A stretch of DNA of 64,000 nt from positions 4,786 through 68,785 of the forward strand of contig JAGBZX010000018.1 of assembly GCA_017628025.1 (NCBI GenBank). Reading direction: 5' to 3'. Under the pieces are notes generated by a model. It made no database searches and was not told where the DNA came from. It saw only the letters and a program-made list of their open reading frames with translations. Position numbers and translations under genes: made by a program. This document shows positions 9,414 to 18,947 of the stretch, piece after piece; the stretch's first letter is position 1, and every line of letters begins with the position of its first letter. Source of the DNA: Kiritimatiellia bacterium (GTDB lineage Bacteria; Verrucomicrobiota; Kiritimatiellia; RFP12; UBA1067).

Positions 9414-10073
9414 TTATTCGGGTGCAACAATTTTTATCTTGCGACCATCTGGCAAAATAAAGCTTAATTCCACAGAGCGTAGCGCTAACGGGACGCGTTT
9501 TTTCGAACCATACTTTACATCACCTGAAACAGGATGTCCTGCCTCCGAAAAATGAACTCTTATTTGGTTCTTTCGCCCCGTCTCTAACTTAACTTCGACA
9601 TTTGTTGCATTTTTTAATCGAGACAACACCTTCCATCTGGTAATAGCTTTTTTGCCACCGTTAAGAACAGAACGCACCCTATAACCATCTGCGTCCTCAA
9701 GCATATAAGTCTCAAAAACACCTTCATCTTCTTCTATTACACCGTCTACTGTGGCGTGATAAGTCTTTTCTGTTAAATTAGCCCAGTCTGATCTAAAATA
9801 ATTAGCAACCTCTTCACTCTTGGCAAAAATCATCACTCCACTAGTATCCTTGTCTAGCCGATGAACCAACCATGCCCTAAGCCTGCTTTTTTGTTGACCC
9901 TTACGAAGATAATCGCTTAAGATATTTTCTGCTGTAATTTGCGATTGCTGCTCTCGCCTAGTTCCATAAAGCGTGTGCGTACTTAGCAATCCCGCCGGTT
10001 TATCTATAACGATGACATTTTTGTCCTCGTAAAGAATTTTAAATGGTAGCCTTTTGCCAGAACGACGCTTCAA
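9414..10073 (-). CDS. RluA-family pseudouridine synthase
   Basis: Contains the catalytic motif HRLDKDTSGVMIFAKS and the conserved C-terminal NQIRVH. Confidence 0.85.
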   Translation of the reverse strand: MKRRSGKRLPFKILYEDKNVIVIDKPAGLLSTHTLYGTRREQQSQITAENILSDYLRKGQQKSRLRAWLVHRLDKDTSGVMIFAKSEEVANYFRSDWANLTEKTYHATVDGVIEEDEGVFETYMLEDADGYRVRSVLNGGKKAITRWKVLSRLKNATNVEVKLETGRKNQIRVHFSEAGHPVSGDVKYGSKKRVPLALRSVELSFILPDGRKIKIVAPE

Positions 10074-10082
10074 TTTACCACC

Positions 10083-12041
10083 TCAACCAAACCTTGCTAA
10101 AAACTCGTCCTCTGTTATTATAGGTATTGAAAGAGCTGCTGCCTTCTTATTTTTAGATGATGAAGATGTTGCATCATTATTAACTAAGAAAGACGTCTTA
10201 GATGAAACAGCAGAGGCAACCTTGCCGCCTTGAGATACAACATAAGCTTTAAACTCGTCTCGATTAGCATAATGAGTAACATCGCCTGTTATGACAAATA
10301 TAAAGCCAGAACACTTGCCCCCAGCAGGCTCCTTAAATTCTTCAAGCGTAACTTCTGAAAGCACATCTCTTACTAATGCGATATTCTCTTCATCATGACA
10401 CCAACGCACAAACTCTGCTGATTTCGCAGGCCCTATCCCGTCAATATCAGAAAAGACTTCTTCTTCCGCTTTTGATGCAACTTCAAAAAGCTCTACCACC
10501 GAATAAGCAGATAAAAACTTTCGCGCAACATCTGGGCCGCACAATGGAATAGAAAGCGCATTAATAAACTTTACCGCATCTATCGTTCTGGCAGATTCGA
10601 TGGAATCTACAATTTTTTCTGCACTCTTTTCTCCAAATCCTTCCAATCTGGCTATATCGTTTTTATGACTGCCGAGCCTGTAGATGTCACCAAAATTCTT
10701 TATCCAGCCACAATCTATGAATCTTGCCAATGTCTTACCTGCTAAACCATCGATATTAGCACCTGCTTTTGAAACAAAACGCATAAACTTGCGCAATTCC
10801 CGTGCTGGGCACTTCGCGCTCGTGCAACGCAATGTCTTCGTGCCGGACTCTGATATATTTATCTCAGTAGGCGCACCACAAACTGGGCAAAAAGAAGGAA
10901 CCTCAAATTCTCCACACGGAGCTTTTACAGAGACAATTTTAGGAATAATTTTGTTGGCTTTTATTACCTCTATCTCTGTACCACTACCAGCTATACCAAG
11001 CCTCTCGCATTCTGAAATATTACAAAGAGAAGCGCGCTTAACTATAGTGCCTTCAAGTTCTACACTCTTAAACACCGCAACAGGAGAAATCGAAGCTACC
11101 GCTGTACTCCACTCGATTCTCTCTAGCGTCGTAAAAGCAGACTCATCCTTCCATTTAAAAGCGATACCCGAACGAATCGCGTGATGACCAGTTACAGAAC
11201 CAGAAGCGGCATACTCCAAATCATCATACGAGACGACAAGTCCATCTACTGGATAAGGATTAATACGACTTGTTACTTTATATGTCCACCCATCAATAAC
11301 TTCTGCTAGCGTCTGTTGGGTAGGCTCGACTACTAACTCCGATTCAACATGCTCAAAGCCTAAAGAAGTAATAAACGATACGGTCTTGTCTTTCGTCGTA
11401 AATTTTTCGTCTGAGTCGACTATAGAAAAGACAACCCATCTTATTTTGCGTAACTTTAATTCATTAATATCCTTTAAAGAAAGAGAGCCTGATGCTAGGT
11501 TACGGGGGTTAGAATAAACTTCTTGAGAAGTTGCTAAAAACTCTTCGAAGTCAGCATACGAAATCACAGCTTCTCCACGAAGCACAAGATGGCCCTTGTA
11601 ATCAATTTCATCTAATATGCCAGTTATCCCAGCAGACAAATGCGTTATATTAGTCCCAACATGACCATCGCCTCTAGTCACTACACTTTTTAACTTACCA
11701 CCACCGTAAGTTACAACTAAAGTTAAGCCATCAAGTTTCCAAGAAAGCCACACCCGCTTTAGCGAAGCCCATGATGCCAACTCCGCAACGCTCTTAGTTT
11801 TGGCTAAAGAAAGTGCTGGGTGTTCGTGCGCCTCCTTGCGCCCTGCAAGATTATCTGAAGAAACTCTCTGAGTAGGAGAATCATCAAGTATGACACCTGT
11901 TTTTTTCTCAAGTTCCTTTACTCTATCAAAAAGAGCATCCCACTCAAAATCCGTCATCAATTCGCCGCGACCGGAGTAGTACGCATCTGCGGCCTCATTA
12001 AGACGACGCACAGCCTGCTTCATTTCTTCAATCATACTCAT
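10083..12041 (-). CDS. ligA: NAD-dependent DNA ligase
   Basis: Contains the adenylation motif WKLDGLTLVV, an OB fold, a Zn finger (CPVCGAP..C..C), HhH repeats and a C-terminal BRCT domain. I prefer the start at 12041 (MSMIEEMKQAV..), which forms an ATGA overlap with the upstream stop. The track ORF extends to 12131. Confidence 0.9.
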   Translation of the reverse strand: MSMIEEMKQAVRRLNEAADAYYSGRGELMTDFEWDALFDRVKELEKKTGVILDDSPTQRVSSDNLAGRKEAHEHPALSLAKTKSVAELASWASLKRVWLSWKLDGLTLVVTYGGGKLKSVVTRGDGHVGTNITHLSAGITGILDEIDYKGHLVLRGEAVISYADFEEFLATSQEVYSNPRNLASGSLSLKDINELKLRKIRWVVFSIVDSDEKFTTKDKTVSFITSLGFEHVESELVVEPTQQTLAEVIDGWTYKVTSRINPYPVDGLVVSYDDLEYAASGSVTGHHAIRSGIAFKWKDESAFTTLERIEWSTAVASISPVAVFKSVELEGTIVKRASLCNISECERLGIAGSGTEIEVIKANKIIPKIVSVKAPCGEFEVPSFCPVCGAPTEINISESGTKTLRCTSAKCPARELRKFMRFVSKAGANIDGLAGKTLARFIDCGWIKNFGDIYRLGSHKNDIARLEGFGEKSAEKIVDSIESARTIDAVKFINALSIPLCGPDVARKFLSAYSVVELFEVASKAEEEVFSDIDGIGPAKSAEFVRWCHDEENIALVRDVLSEVTLEEFKEPAGGKCSGFIFVITGDVTHYANRDEFKAYVVSQGGKVASAVSSKTSFLVNNDATSSSSKNKKAAALSIPIITEDEFLARFG

Positions 12042-13099
12042 TTCCTGCGCTTGAAAACCCATTTCTTCTGGATTGAATATGAACCGAAAAACAGCCCCGT
12101 CTCTACCAGGATTTTTACTAGCGTAATCCAAAAACCGCGCACATCACCGATACGCGACAATAACCCAGTAAATACCGCAGACAGCAGTGCTATACCAATC
12201 GCCAATAACCAATACTGGAAATAACTACGCTTGCGAACTTTCTGTTTAAAAACTACAAACCTATTGTATAAATACTGAAAATTACCTGAAATAAAACGCG
12301 CAACAGCAAATGCAATTAAGATATGCATCTCTCTACCTGTCGCGCCTTTATTGAGGAGTGCTATCAAAACGCTAAACACGATGTTATCTAGAAGAAATGC
12401 CGCTACTGAAGAAATACAAAATTGCAAGAGCGAACGATAAATGCGGATAGCATCTTTAATCGGATGAAAATGACTAGAGGCATTATCCTGTATATAAATT
12501 GTATCTATCGGCACTTCAACAGGCAGCGCATCGTGGCGCTTTGCGTCTGCCAGCATCGTCATCTCATACTCGTAGCGCTTGCCGGGCAACTTTGACGCGC
12601 GTCGGATAAGCTTATGTGGAATGCCTCTTAACCCAGTCTGGGTATCTGAGACTTTCATTCCTGTCAAAAGGAAGAAAACAAAAATCGTAAACTTATTGCC
12701 GAATATCGAGCGAAGCGGCACCTTGCCAGTAAACCGGCGAACACCAAGTGTTAGCCCATTAGGGTTTTCAATCATCCGCTCGGCTACACGAACAATATCT
12801 CTAACTATGTGCTGACCATCGGCGTCAGCAGTAATAACTCCTGCGGCATCTGGATACGCCTCAAGAATATACACTAAGCCAGTTTTTATCGCCGCACCCT
12901 TGCCGCGATTGACTTCATGCTTTAATATCGCATCTGAAAAATCTTTAGCCTTCGCAAAAATCGCATCCGACTTTGTCGAGCCATCATCCACTAAAACGAT
13001 ACGCTTAAAAACTGGCCTAAGTTCAATAAGCAAGTTTATAAGCTTATCATCCGGCTGATATGCCGGAATTAAAACTACGCATTGATCAAGTGTGTTCAC
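12038..13099 (-). CDS. Family-2 glycosyltransferase fused to a GtrA-like membrane domain
   Basis: The N-terminal GT2 signature is VLIPAYQPDDKL..VDDGS..DADGQH. The C-terminal ~120 aa contain 4 hydrophobic helices typical of the GtrA family. Confidence 0.8.
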   Translation of the reverse strand: MNTLDQCVVLIPAYQPDDKLINLLIELRPVFKRIVLVDDGSTKSDAIFAKAKDFSDAILKHEVNRGKGAAIKTGLVYILEAYPDAAGVITADADGQHIVRDIVRVAERMIENPNGLTLGVRRFTGKVPLRSIFGNKFTIFVFFLLTGMKVSDTQTGLRGIPHKLIRRASKLPGKRYEYEMTMLADAKRHDALPVEVPIDTIYIQDNASSHFHPIKDAIRIYRSLLQFCISSVAAFLLDNIVFSVLIALLNKGATGREMHILIAFAVARFISGNFQYLYNRFVVFKQKVRKRSYFQYWLLAIGIALLSAVFTGLLSRIGDVRGFWITLVKILVETGLFFGSYSIQKKWVFKRRK

Positions 13100-14166
13100 A
13101 ACGAAACAACCTCCTTCACGATACGATTAATCGCACAGCCATCGCTATGAAGTAAAGACATTGCATTATCCAAACGCTCTACACTTTGGCGACGCTCAAC
13201 ATCATCTGTTAGCCACTTTGAAAGATATTCACAAACATTCTCTGGCGTAAAATCTGCTTGCAAAAGCTCCGGCATAGGCTGTTGGCCTTTACCAGCACAC
13301 TTATCCCAAATAACATTAGCTAAGCCTGCGTACTTCGTACCTTTTATCATCCTTCTTAAAATAAATTCCGTTATGGGCCCGACCTTATAAACTAAAACTG
13401 TCGGGCATCGCGCAAGCGCCGCCTCTAACGTTGCAGTGCCGCTAGCTACAACAGCACATCTAGCACGGCACAAAAGCTCTCTAGCACCGCCGTCAATAAT
13501 CTCGACTTTTGGCATTAACTTCGCAAATTTCTCTAATGCCTTGCGTGCCCTAGCATTTGCCGCGGGAATAACAATCTTCAAGTTTTTATTCTGCAAAAGC
13601 TCTATCGCCTTCACGAGTATAGGCATGTGTCGCTCTATCTCATACACGCGGGAGCCTGGCAGCACCGCCAAAAGCGACTCATCGCGTTCTAAAGATGAAA
13701 TATTTCTAAAATCATCAAAGAGCGGATGACCAACAAAAACAGCAAAATCTCTCTTGTAATAAGGTGGCTCAAATGGAAAAAAGCAACAAAGCCTATCAAA
13801 CGCTTTTTGTATCCGTGGTATTTTACCTTTCTTCCAGGCCCAGACTTGAGGAGAGACAACATGAAGAGTGCGGATGCCTAGTTTTTTGGAATATTCGGCT
13901 ATTGGAATATTCATGCCTGGATAATCTACTGTAACAACTATATCGGGCCGCCACGAACGCACTGCATTAAGCATCACTCGCCTTACACGCATAAAGAAAA
14001 ACAACTTCTTTATAACTGGCCAAAAGCCCATCACCGCAAGATCTGCAATAGAGAAACCATAATCACTATAACCACGAATCTCATATTCACGCCCCAAGCC
14101 TTCAGCTATCTGGCGAGCATACGCTAAACCAGACTCTTCACCGCTAAGAAGGAGAATTTTTTTCAT
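13096..14166 (-). CDS. lpxB: Lipid-A-disaccharide synthase
   Basis: The N-terminus LLLSGEESGLAYARQI and the overall GT19 pattern fit LpxB. The gene is adjacent to lpxI. Confidence 0.85.
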   Translation of the reverse strand: MKKILLLSGEESGLAYARQIAEGLGREYEIRGYSDYGFSIADLAVMGFWPVIKKLFFFMRVRRVMLNAVRSWRPDIVVTVDYPGMNIPIAEYSKKLGIRTLHVVSPQVWAWKKGKIPRIQKAFDRLCCFFPFEPPYYKRDFAVFVGHPLFDDFRNISSLERDESLLAVLPGSRVYEIERHMPILVKAIELLQNKNLKIVIPAANARARKALEKFAKLMPKVEIIDGGARELLCRARCAVVASGTATLEAALARCPTVLVYKVGPITEFILRRMIKGTKYAGLANVIWDKCAGKGQQPMPELLQADFTPENVCEYLSKWLTDDVERRQSVERLDNAMSLLHSDGCAINRIVKEVVSL

Positions 14167-14996
14167 GGCTCTGTTGGCGCTGCAGGTAAATCTGTTTTTA
14201 TACCTACTATCGCTATTGAATGACGATTAGCAAACTCCATCACTTTTTCTTTATCAAGCATTACTAGGCGATTTGCATGAAAAGCTAACGCTGTAATCCC
14301 CGCACGCTTCATAACCTTAAGCGTTTTTAAACCCACTACTGGTATATCAAAACGCATATCATGCCCTACGCGAGCAGCCTTAAAAACAACTCCACCTCGA
14401 CCATCAAGTTTACCTGCTCTCTTAATCGCCGCGTTTGTGCCTTCAAAAGCCTCTACCGCAAGAACCATGCCATCTTTAACTACAACTGTCTGCCCTACAT
14501 CATGACGCCCCATATCCTCAACCACCTTGGAGGCATGGATGACATCCTTAAGCTCTTGCTCCGAGAAATCTCGCTTTGCAATACACCCCTCTCCAGGAAG
14601 GGAGTCTTGCATGTAAAGAGAAGCGGGCAAAATCTTTAACCCTGCTTCTTCAAACTTTTCAACTAATTTACCGAATAAAGAGTGAGCGTTTTTAGCATTA
14701 AGTTCCGATAACCATTTAATGGTTTCCTTATCGAACCGAGTTCTAAAAAGCGAAAGAGGAGAAATTTGACCAGCTAGAATTGCACCTTCGTAGCCAGCTT
14801 TAGAGGCCCACGATACTGCCGTAGCAATCTCTCCTAAACCAAACTCTATAACGGCATCTGCTAAAGAACGGACGCGGCGTGACGTAGAGCCTTTTACGGC
14901 AAGAACGTCAACTTTCGCCACGCCCGCTTTTTTGGCATTTGTCACCAACAGCTCCGGATAAACTCCGGAGCCTGCTATGACAAGTAACTTTTTCAC
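14163..14996 (-). CDS. lpxI: UDP-2,3-diacylglucosamine diphosphatase LpxI (DUF1009 family)
   Basis: Contains GQTVVVKDGMVLAVEAFEGTNAAIKRAG and DMRFDIPVVGLKTL, which are characteristic of LpxI. It overlaps lpxB by 4 nt. Confidence 0.8.
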   Translation of the reverse strand: MKKLLVIAGSGVYPELLVTNAKKAGVAKVDVLAVKGSTSRRVRSLADAVIEFGLGEIATAVSWASKAGYEGAILAGQISPLSLFRTRFDKETIKWLSELNAKNAHSLFGKLVEKFEEAGLKILPASLYMQDSLPGEGCIAKRDFSEQELKDVIHASKVVEDMGRHDVGQTVVVKDGMVLAVEAFEGTNAAIKRAGKLDGRGGVVFKAARVGHDMRFDIPVVGLKTLKVMKRAGITALAFHANRLVMLDKEKVMEFANRHSIAIVGIKTDLPAAPTEP

Positions 14997-15922
14997 AGCC
15001 CCTTCGTCTTGAGGAACTTATACGACTCAGTAACGGCGTAGAGCGAGTCAAAATGCTTTTCGCATTCAACAACCATCCACTTGGAGCCGTTTGAGCTTGC
15101 TGTTGCTATAACCTTATCCCAATCAACACCGATTGCACCGGGCTGACCAGGCTGACCGAGAATCGCGTCAAACTTCTTAACGCCCTTGCCCATACCATTT
15201 TCCTTAGCGTGGACATTAATGGATCTATTGGGATACTTGAGGAATTCCTTGCAGGGATCGACACCTGCGCAAACGCTCCAGCCAACATCCTGCTCCATCT
15301 GAACGCGCTTATCGGTATTGGTGAAGAAATAATCCCAATAAGACGTACCATCTTCAAGCTTAAGCTGATGCTCCCACATATGATTGTGAAGCGCAATATA
15401 GCAGCCTTTCTTTTCAGCGGTCTCTGCAGCCTTGTTATAGTATTCGCAAAGCTTCTTCATATCATCAAGCTTAGGTGTGCCCTTGCCGTTCCAACCGCAA
15501 CCGGCAGGAACATTACCGCCACCAGGGCAGCAAATATAATTACAACCATAAGAAAGCTGCATATCGAGATATTTCTCAATTACATCTGGACCAAACTCTT
15601 TACGCTGGCAGTGGATACCGCAGTTGACTAAGCCGTTGTCTTTAAGAACTTTCGTAAGCTCCGCGGCAGAAACACCATAATAATCACCTGCGAAAAACTC
15701 CACGCCCTTGTAACCAATTTTAGCTACATCTTCAAGAGTCTTTATAATACCATTGGTCTTGATGTAATTCTTGATTGAATACAACTGTAATGCCAACTGA
15801 GGCTTGCAAGACTTGCATGCACCAGCAACTAATTTGCATGCCGCATTGCAATCAGAAAACATAGCCATACCACCTAGTGCTGCCGCGCCGCCTAGGAACC
15901 CTCTTCTTGATATATTGTTCAT
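14993..15922 (-). CDS. Sugar phosphate isomerase/epimerase (xylose-isomerase-like TIM barrel) with a Tat signal
   Basis: I prefer the start at 15922 (MNNISRRGFLGGAAALGGMAMFS, a twin-arginine leader) with an AAGGA SD. The track ORF extends to 16012 and would overlap the upstream gene. Confidence 0.75.
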   Translation of the reverse strand: MNNISRRGFLGGAAALGGMAMFSDCNAACKLVAGACKSCKPQLALQLYSIKNYIKTNGIIKTLEDVAKIGYKGVEFFAGDYYGVSAAELTKVLKDNGLVNCGIHCQRKEFGPDVIEKYLDMQLSYGCNYICCPGGGNVPAGCGWNGKGTPKLDDMKKLCEYYNKAAETAEKKGCYIALHNHMWEHQLKLEDGTSYWDYFFTNTDKRVQMEQDVGWSVCAGVDPCKEFLKYPNRSINVHAKENGMGKGVKKFDAILGQPGQPGAIGVDWDKVIATASSNGSKWMVVECEKHFDSLYAVTESYKFLKTKGL

Positions 15923-15962
15923 ATTGTAATCCTTGATTTTATTGTTGGATATTTGAATTATA

Positions 15963-16985
15963 TCACATTTTTGGGCTTTTGGACAAAACTTTATTTCCGT
16001 CCTCTGTGACAAGGACTAAATCCTCGATTCGCACGCCAAGATTACCTTCCAAGTAAATTCCTGGCTCAATTGTCACAATCATCCCTGGTTCAAAAACGCA
16101 TTTGGATTTTTTGGAGGCGATTGGCGCTTCATGCACCTCATAGCCAACACCATGGCCTAACGCGTGACCGAACGCGTCTCCAAAACCGCCCTGCGTGATT
16201 ATATTCCGCGCAACCGCGTCTAGCTCTACTCCCGTCATCCCGGGCTTAAGAGCGTCGACTGCCGCTTGCTGCGCGCGTTTCACAAGTTCATAGACGCGCC
16301 TATAAAGAGCGGATGTGCGCTTTGGCGGTATCGTACGTGTCATATCGCTGCAAAAGCCGTTCACCTTGACGCCCATATCAACCAAAAGCGCCTCTCTGCC
16401 ATTCCACAGAGTATCATCGGGCATGTGATGACATTCCGCGGCGTTTGCGCCTACGCACACGATAGTTTCAAACGCTTCTCCGTCGCCATACTTAATCATT
16501 GCCGACTTTATGACGCGCGCCATATCGCGCTCCGTCATGCCAGGCTTGAAACGCGGAAACGAATACGCCCAAACCTTGTCATTGATCTTCGCGGCATTAG
16601 CGACGCCTTCTATCTCGACATCGGTTTTCTTGGCCCTCAGGCTGTTGAGGATTTCATCTGCCTCGCAAAACTTCGCCTGATAAAAACGCAGCTTGAAATC
16701 AAGATATTTCCTATGACTGACTTTTGACTCGTAGGCTACTTTGCCCGCTTTGTGGGCTGTAAAATCCGACATTTCTTTGACATCCAGAAACGGGCACAAC
16801 CTTCTGGCGGCGGGAATATAACGGAAATCCGTATACAAAACAGGCTTTTTGGGAGCTCTTTCAACAATTAAAACAGCAGCGTCAAACTCTACGCCAGTAA
16901 GAGCTTTTATATTGAATTTATCGCAAAGCGCGACTGCATCAAGCCGCCTTTTCGACATCATCTTTTGTAGTTCGTTAATTCTCAT
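15963..16985 (-). CDS. M24-family Xaa-Pro aminopeptidase
   Basis: The metal-ligand segments are DMGVKVNGFCSDMTRT, HALGHGVGYEVHE and TIEPGIY..GVRIED. Confidence 0.8.
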   Translation of the reverse strand: MRINELQKMMSKRRLDAVALCDKFNIKALTGVEFDAAVLIVERAPKKPVLYTDFRYIPAARRLCPFLDVKEMSDFTAHKAGKVAYESKVSHRKYLDFKLRFYQAKFCEADEILNSLRAKKTDVEIEGVANAAKINDKVWAYSFPRFKPGMTERDMARVIKSAMIKYGDGEAFETIVCVGANAAECHHMPDDTLWNGREALLVDMGVKVNGFCSDMTRTIPPKRTSALYRRVYELVKRAQQAAVDALKPGMTGVELDAVARNIITQGGFGDAFGHALGHGVGYEVHEAPIASKKSKCVFEPGMIVTIEPGIYLEGNLGVRIEDLVLVTEDGNKVLSKSPKM

Positions 16986-18933
16986 TCTGTGATGACGCGG
17001 TCAATTTTTCCAATTCTTCCGATGCTTCTTCCCACTCGACAGAATACCTGTCGATCTCAAATTGCAACGTTCTGACGAGGCGATTGACCTCTGCAAAATC
17101 AGTATCGGGGCGAGGATTAAACAGTTCTTGACTAGCCTCGTCCAGCGACTTCTGCAACTCATCGAGTTTTTGCTCAGCCCTTTCTATGCGCTTTTTAAGC
17201 TCTTTAACTACAGGCGCAATTTTCGCCCGTTCTGCCGCGCGCTCGCGACGCATTTGTTTCTGCGAGACCGTGACGCGCTGAGCCTGAGACTCTTTGACTT
17301 CGACCTGAGGCTTTTTCTGCGTGAGAGCATCCTCCTCGCGCTTCTGGCAGTAATAGTCGTAACCGCCAGGATACCGCGATATGCCCTCTCGGGTGATTTC
17401 GAGAACGGATGTCGCTACATTTCTCACAAACTCAATATCGTGCGACACCAGAACCACGGTGCCGGAGTAATTTTTTAAAGCTTCCTGCAGCAAGCGCCTG
17501 CCGTCAAGGTCAAGGTGTGTAGTCGGTTCGTCGAGCAGCAGCAAATTAGGCTTCGAAAGGAAAAGACACAGAAAAGCCAATCTGATTTTTTCGCCGCCTG
17601 AAAGAACTCCTGACGGTTTTTCCACATCGTTTTCGTCAAATCCAAACGCGCCGAGCTGATTGCGAAACACTTTCTCTGGCCCGCCGCCATGATTATCCCA
17701 AGTGTTTTTGGCTATTCTGTATACCGTCAAATCCGGAGGGATTGTTTCTGCAAGTTCTTGACTTAAGTATCCCGGCACCACGTTATGACCGATGACGGCC
17801 TTGCCCAATGTTGGCGTGCGAACGCCGGCCATTATCCTCATGAGCGTCGTTTTGCCGAGACCGTTATAGCCAATCACAGCAACCTTATCGCCTCTTATAA
17901 CGTTGAAATCGAGATCTTTAAAGACATATTTCTGCCCGTCATAAGAAAAGCCCGCGGATTCGCACCTGAACATTTCAACTCCGGAGGGCGGAGGCTCAGC
18001 GAGGCGCAAACGCCCGGAATTCATGCCTCTGCGCGGCAAAACTATCCTGTCTTCGTCAAGTTTATCAAGAAGCTTCTGTTTGCTCTGCGCTTGCGATGCG
18101 GTTGAGGCCTTTGCCCTGAAACGGTCAACGAATCGCTGGAGCTGCTCCCTCTGGCGGTCTTGATTCGCTTTGGCCGCCTTGAGATGCTCCAAGCGCACCT
18201 CTCGCTCGTTCAGATACCAATCAAGATTGCCTTCATACCTGACCGCGGTGCAGGCATCGACCTCAACTGTAATGGAAGTGAGAGAGCGCAGAAGATATCT
18301 GTCGTGCGAGATAAGCATCAGCGTGCCGTCGTAAGCCTTCAAAAACTTTTGCAACCACTCGACGGCAGGCAAATCCAGATAGTTTGAAGGCTCGTCCAAG
18401 AGCAGCAAATCAGGCTTCGACGCCAACACCCGCGATAATTCCGCACGCATGCGCCAACCGCCTGAAAACTCAGAAAAAGGCTTGGAGAACTCTTCGACGG
18501 AAAACCCAAGACCACCAAGCGCGACCTTAACGCGAGTATCTATATCATAGCCGCCTAAATGTTCAAACTTCGTCTGAAGTTCACCGTATCGGTTCATTTT
18601 TCTCGGATCGGAAAGATCTTGCTCGAGCTCCATCATTTCAGCTTCAATCTCAGAAAGCCCCGGAACGCCGCGCAGAGAATATTCAAGCAGCGTTTCTTCC
18701 GGCGAATCAGGCTTAGGATTCTGCCGCGTCCAGCCGATTGTCGGCGAAGACTCTATGACGAGCTCTCCCTTGTCTGCCGAAATTTCTCCAAGAATCAATT
18801 TGAACAGAGTCGACTTGCCGGAGCCGTTAGGCCCGACAACGCCGACTCTTTCTCCCTTATTGACGCGAAAGGAGACGTCCGTGAGCACATCCTGGTGCCC
18901 ATAGTGCAGACTTACGCCTTGAAAATCAAGCAC
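16975..18933 (-). CDS. ABC-F family ATPase (two ABC cassettes and a C-terminal coiled coil; no membrane domain)
   Basis: Two Walker A motifs (GPNGSGKST, GYNGLGKTT), two LSGG signatures and a charged helical tail. Confidence 0.85.
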   Translation of the reverse strand: MLDFQGVSLHYGHQDVLTDVSFRVNKGERVGVVGPNGSGKSTLFKLILGEISADKGELVIESSPTIGWTRQNPKPDSPEETLLEYSLRGVPGLSEIEAEMMELEQDLSDPRKMNRYGELQTKFEHLGGYDIDTRVKVALGGLGFSVEEFSKPFSEFSGGWRMRAELSRVLASKPDLLLLDEPSNYLDLPAVEWLQKFLKAYDGTLMLISHDRYLLRSLTSITVEVDACTAVRYEGNLDWYLNEREVRLEHLKAAKANQDRQREQLQRFVDRFRAKASTASQAQSKQKLLDKLDEDRIVLPRRGMNSGRLRLAEPPPSGVEMFRCESAGFSYDGQKYVFKDLDFNVIRGDKVAVIGYNGLGKTTLMRIMAGVRTPTLGKAVIGHNVVPGYLSQELAETIPPDLTVYRIAKNTWDNHGGGPEKVFRNQLGAFGFDENDVEKPSGVLSGGEKIRLAFLCLFLSKPNLLLLDEPTTHLDLDGRRLLQEALKNYSGTVVLVSHDIEFVRNVATSVLEITREGISRYPGGYDYYCQKREEDALTQKKPQVEVKESQAQRVTVSQKQMRRERAAERAKIAPVVKELKKRIERAEQKLDELQKSLDEASQELFNPRPDTDFAEVNRLVRTLQFEIDRYSVEWEEASEELEKLTASSQNEN

Positions 18934-18947
18934 CTTTGCCTCCGAAT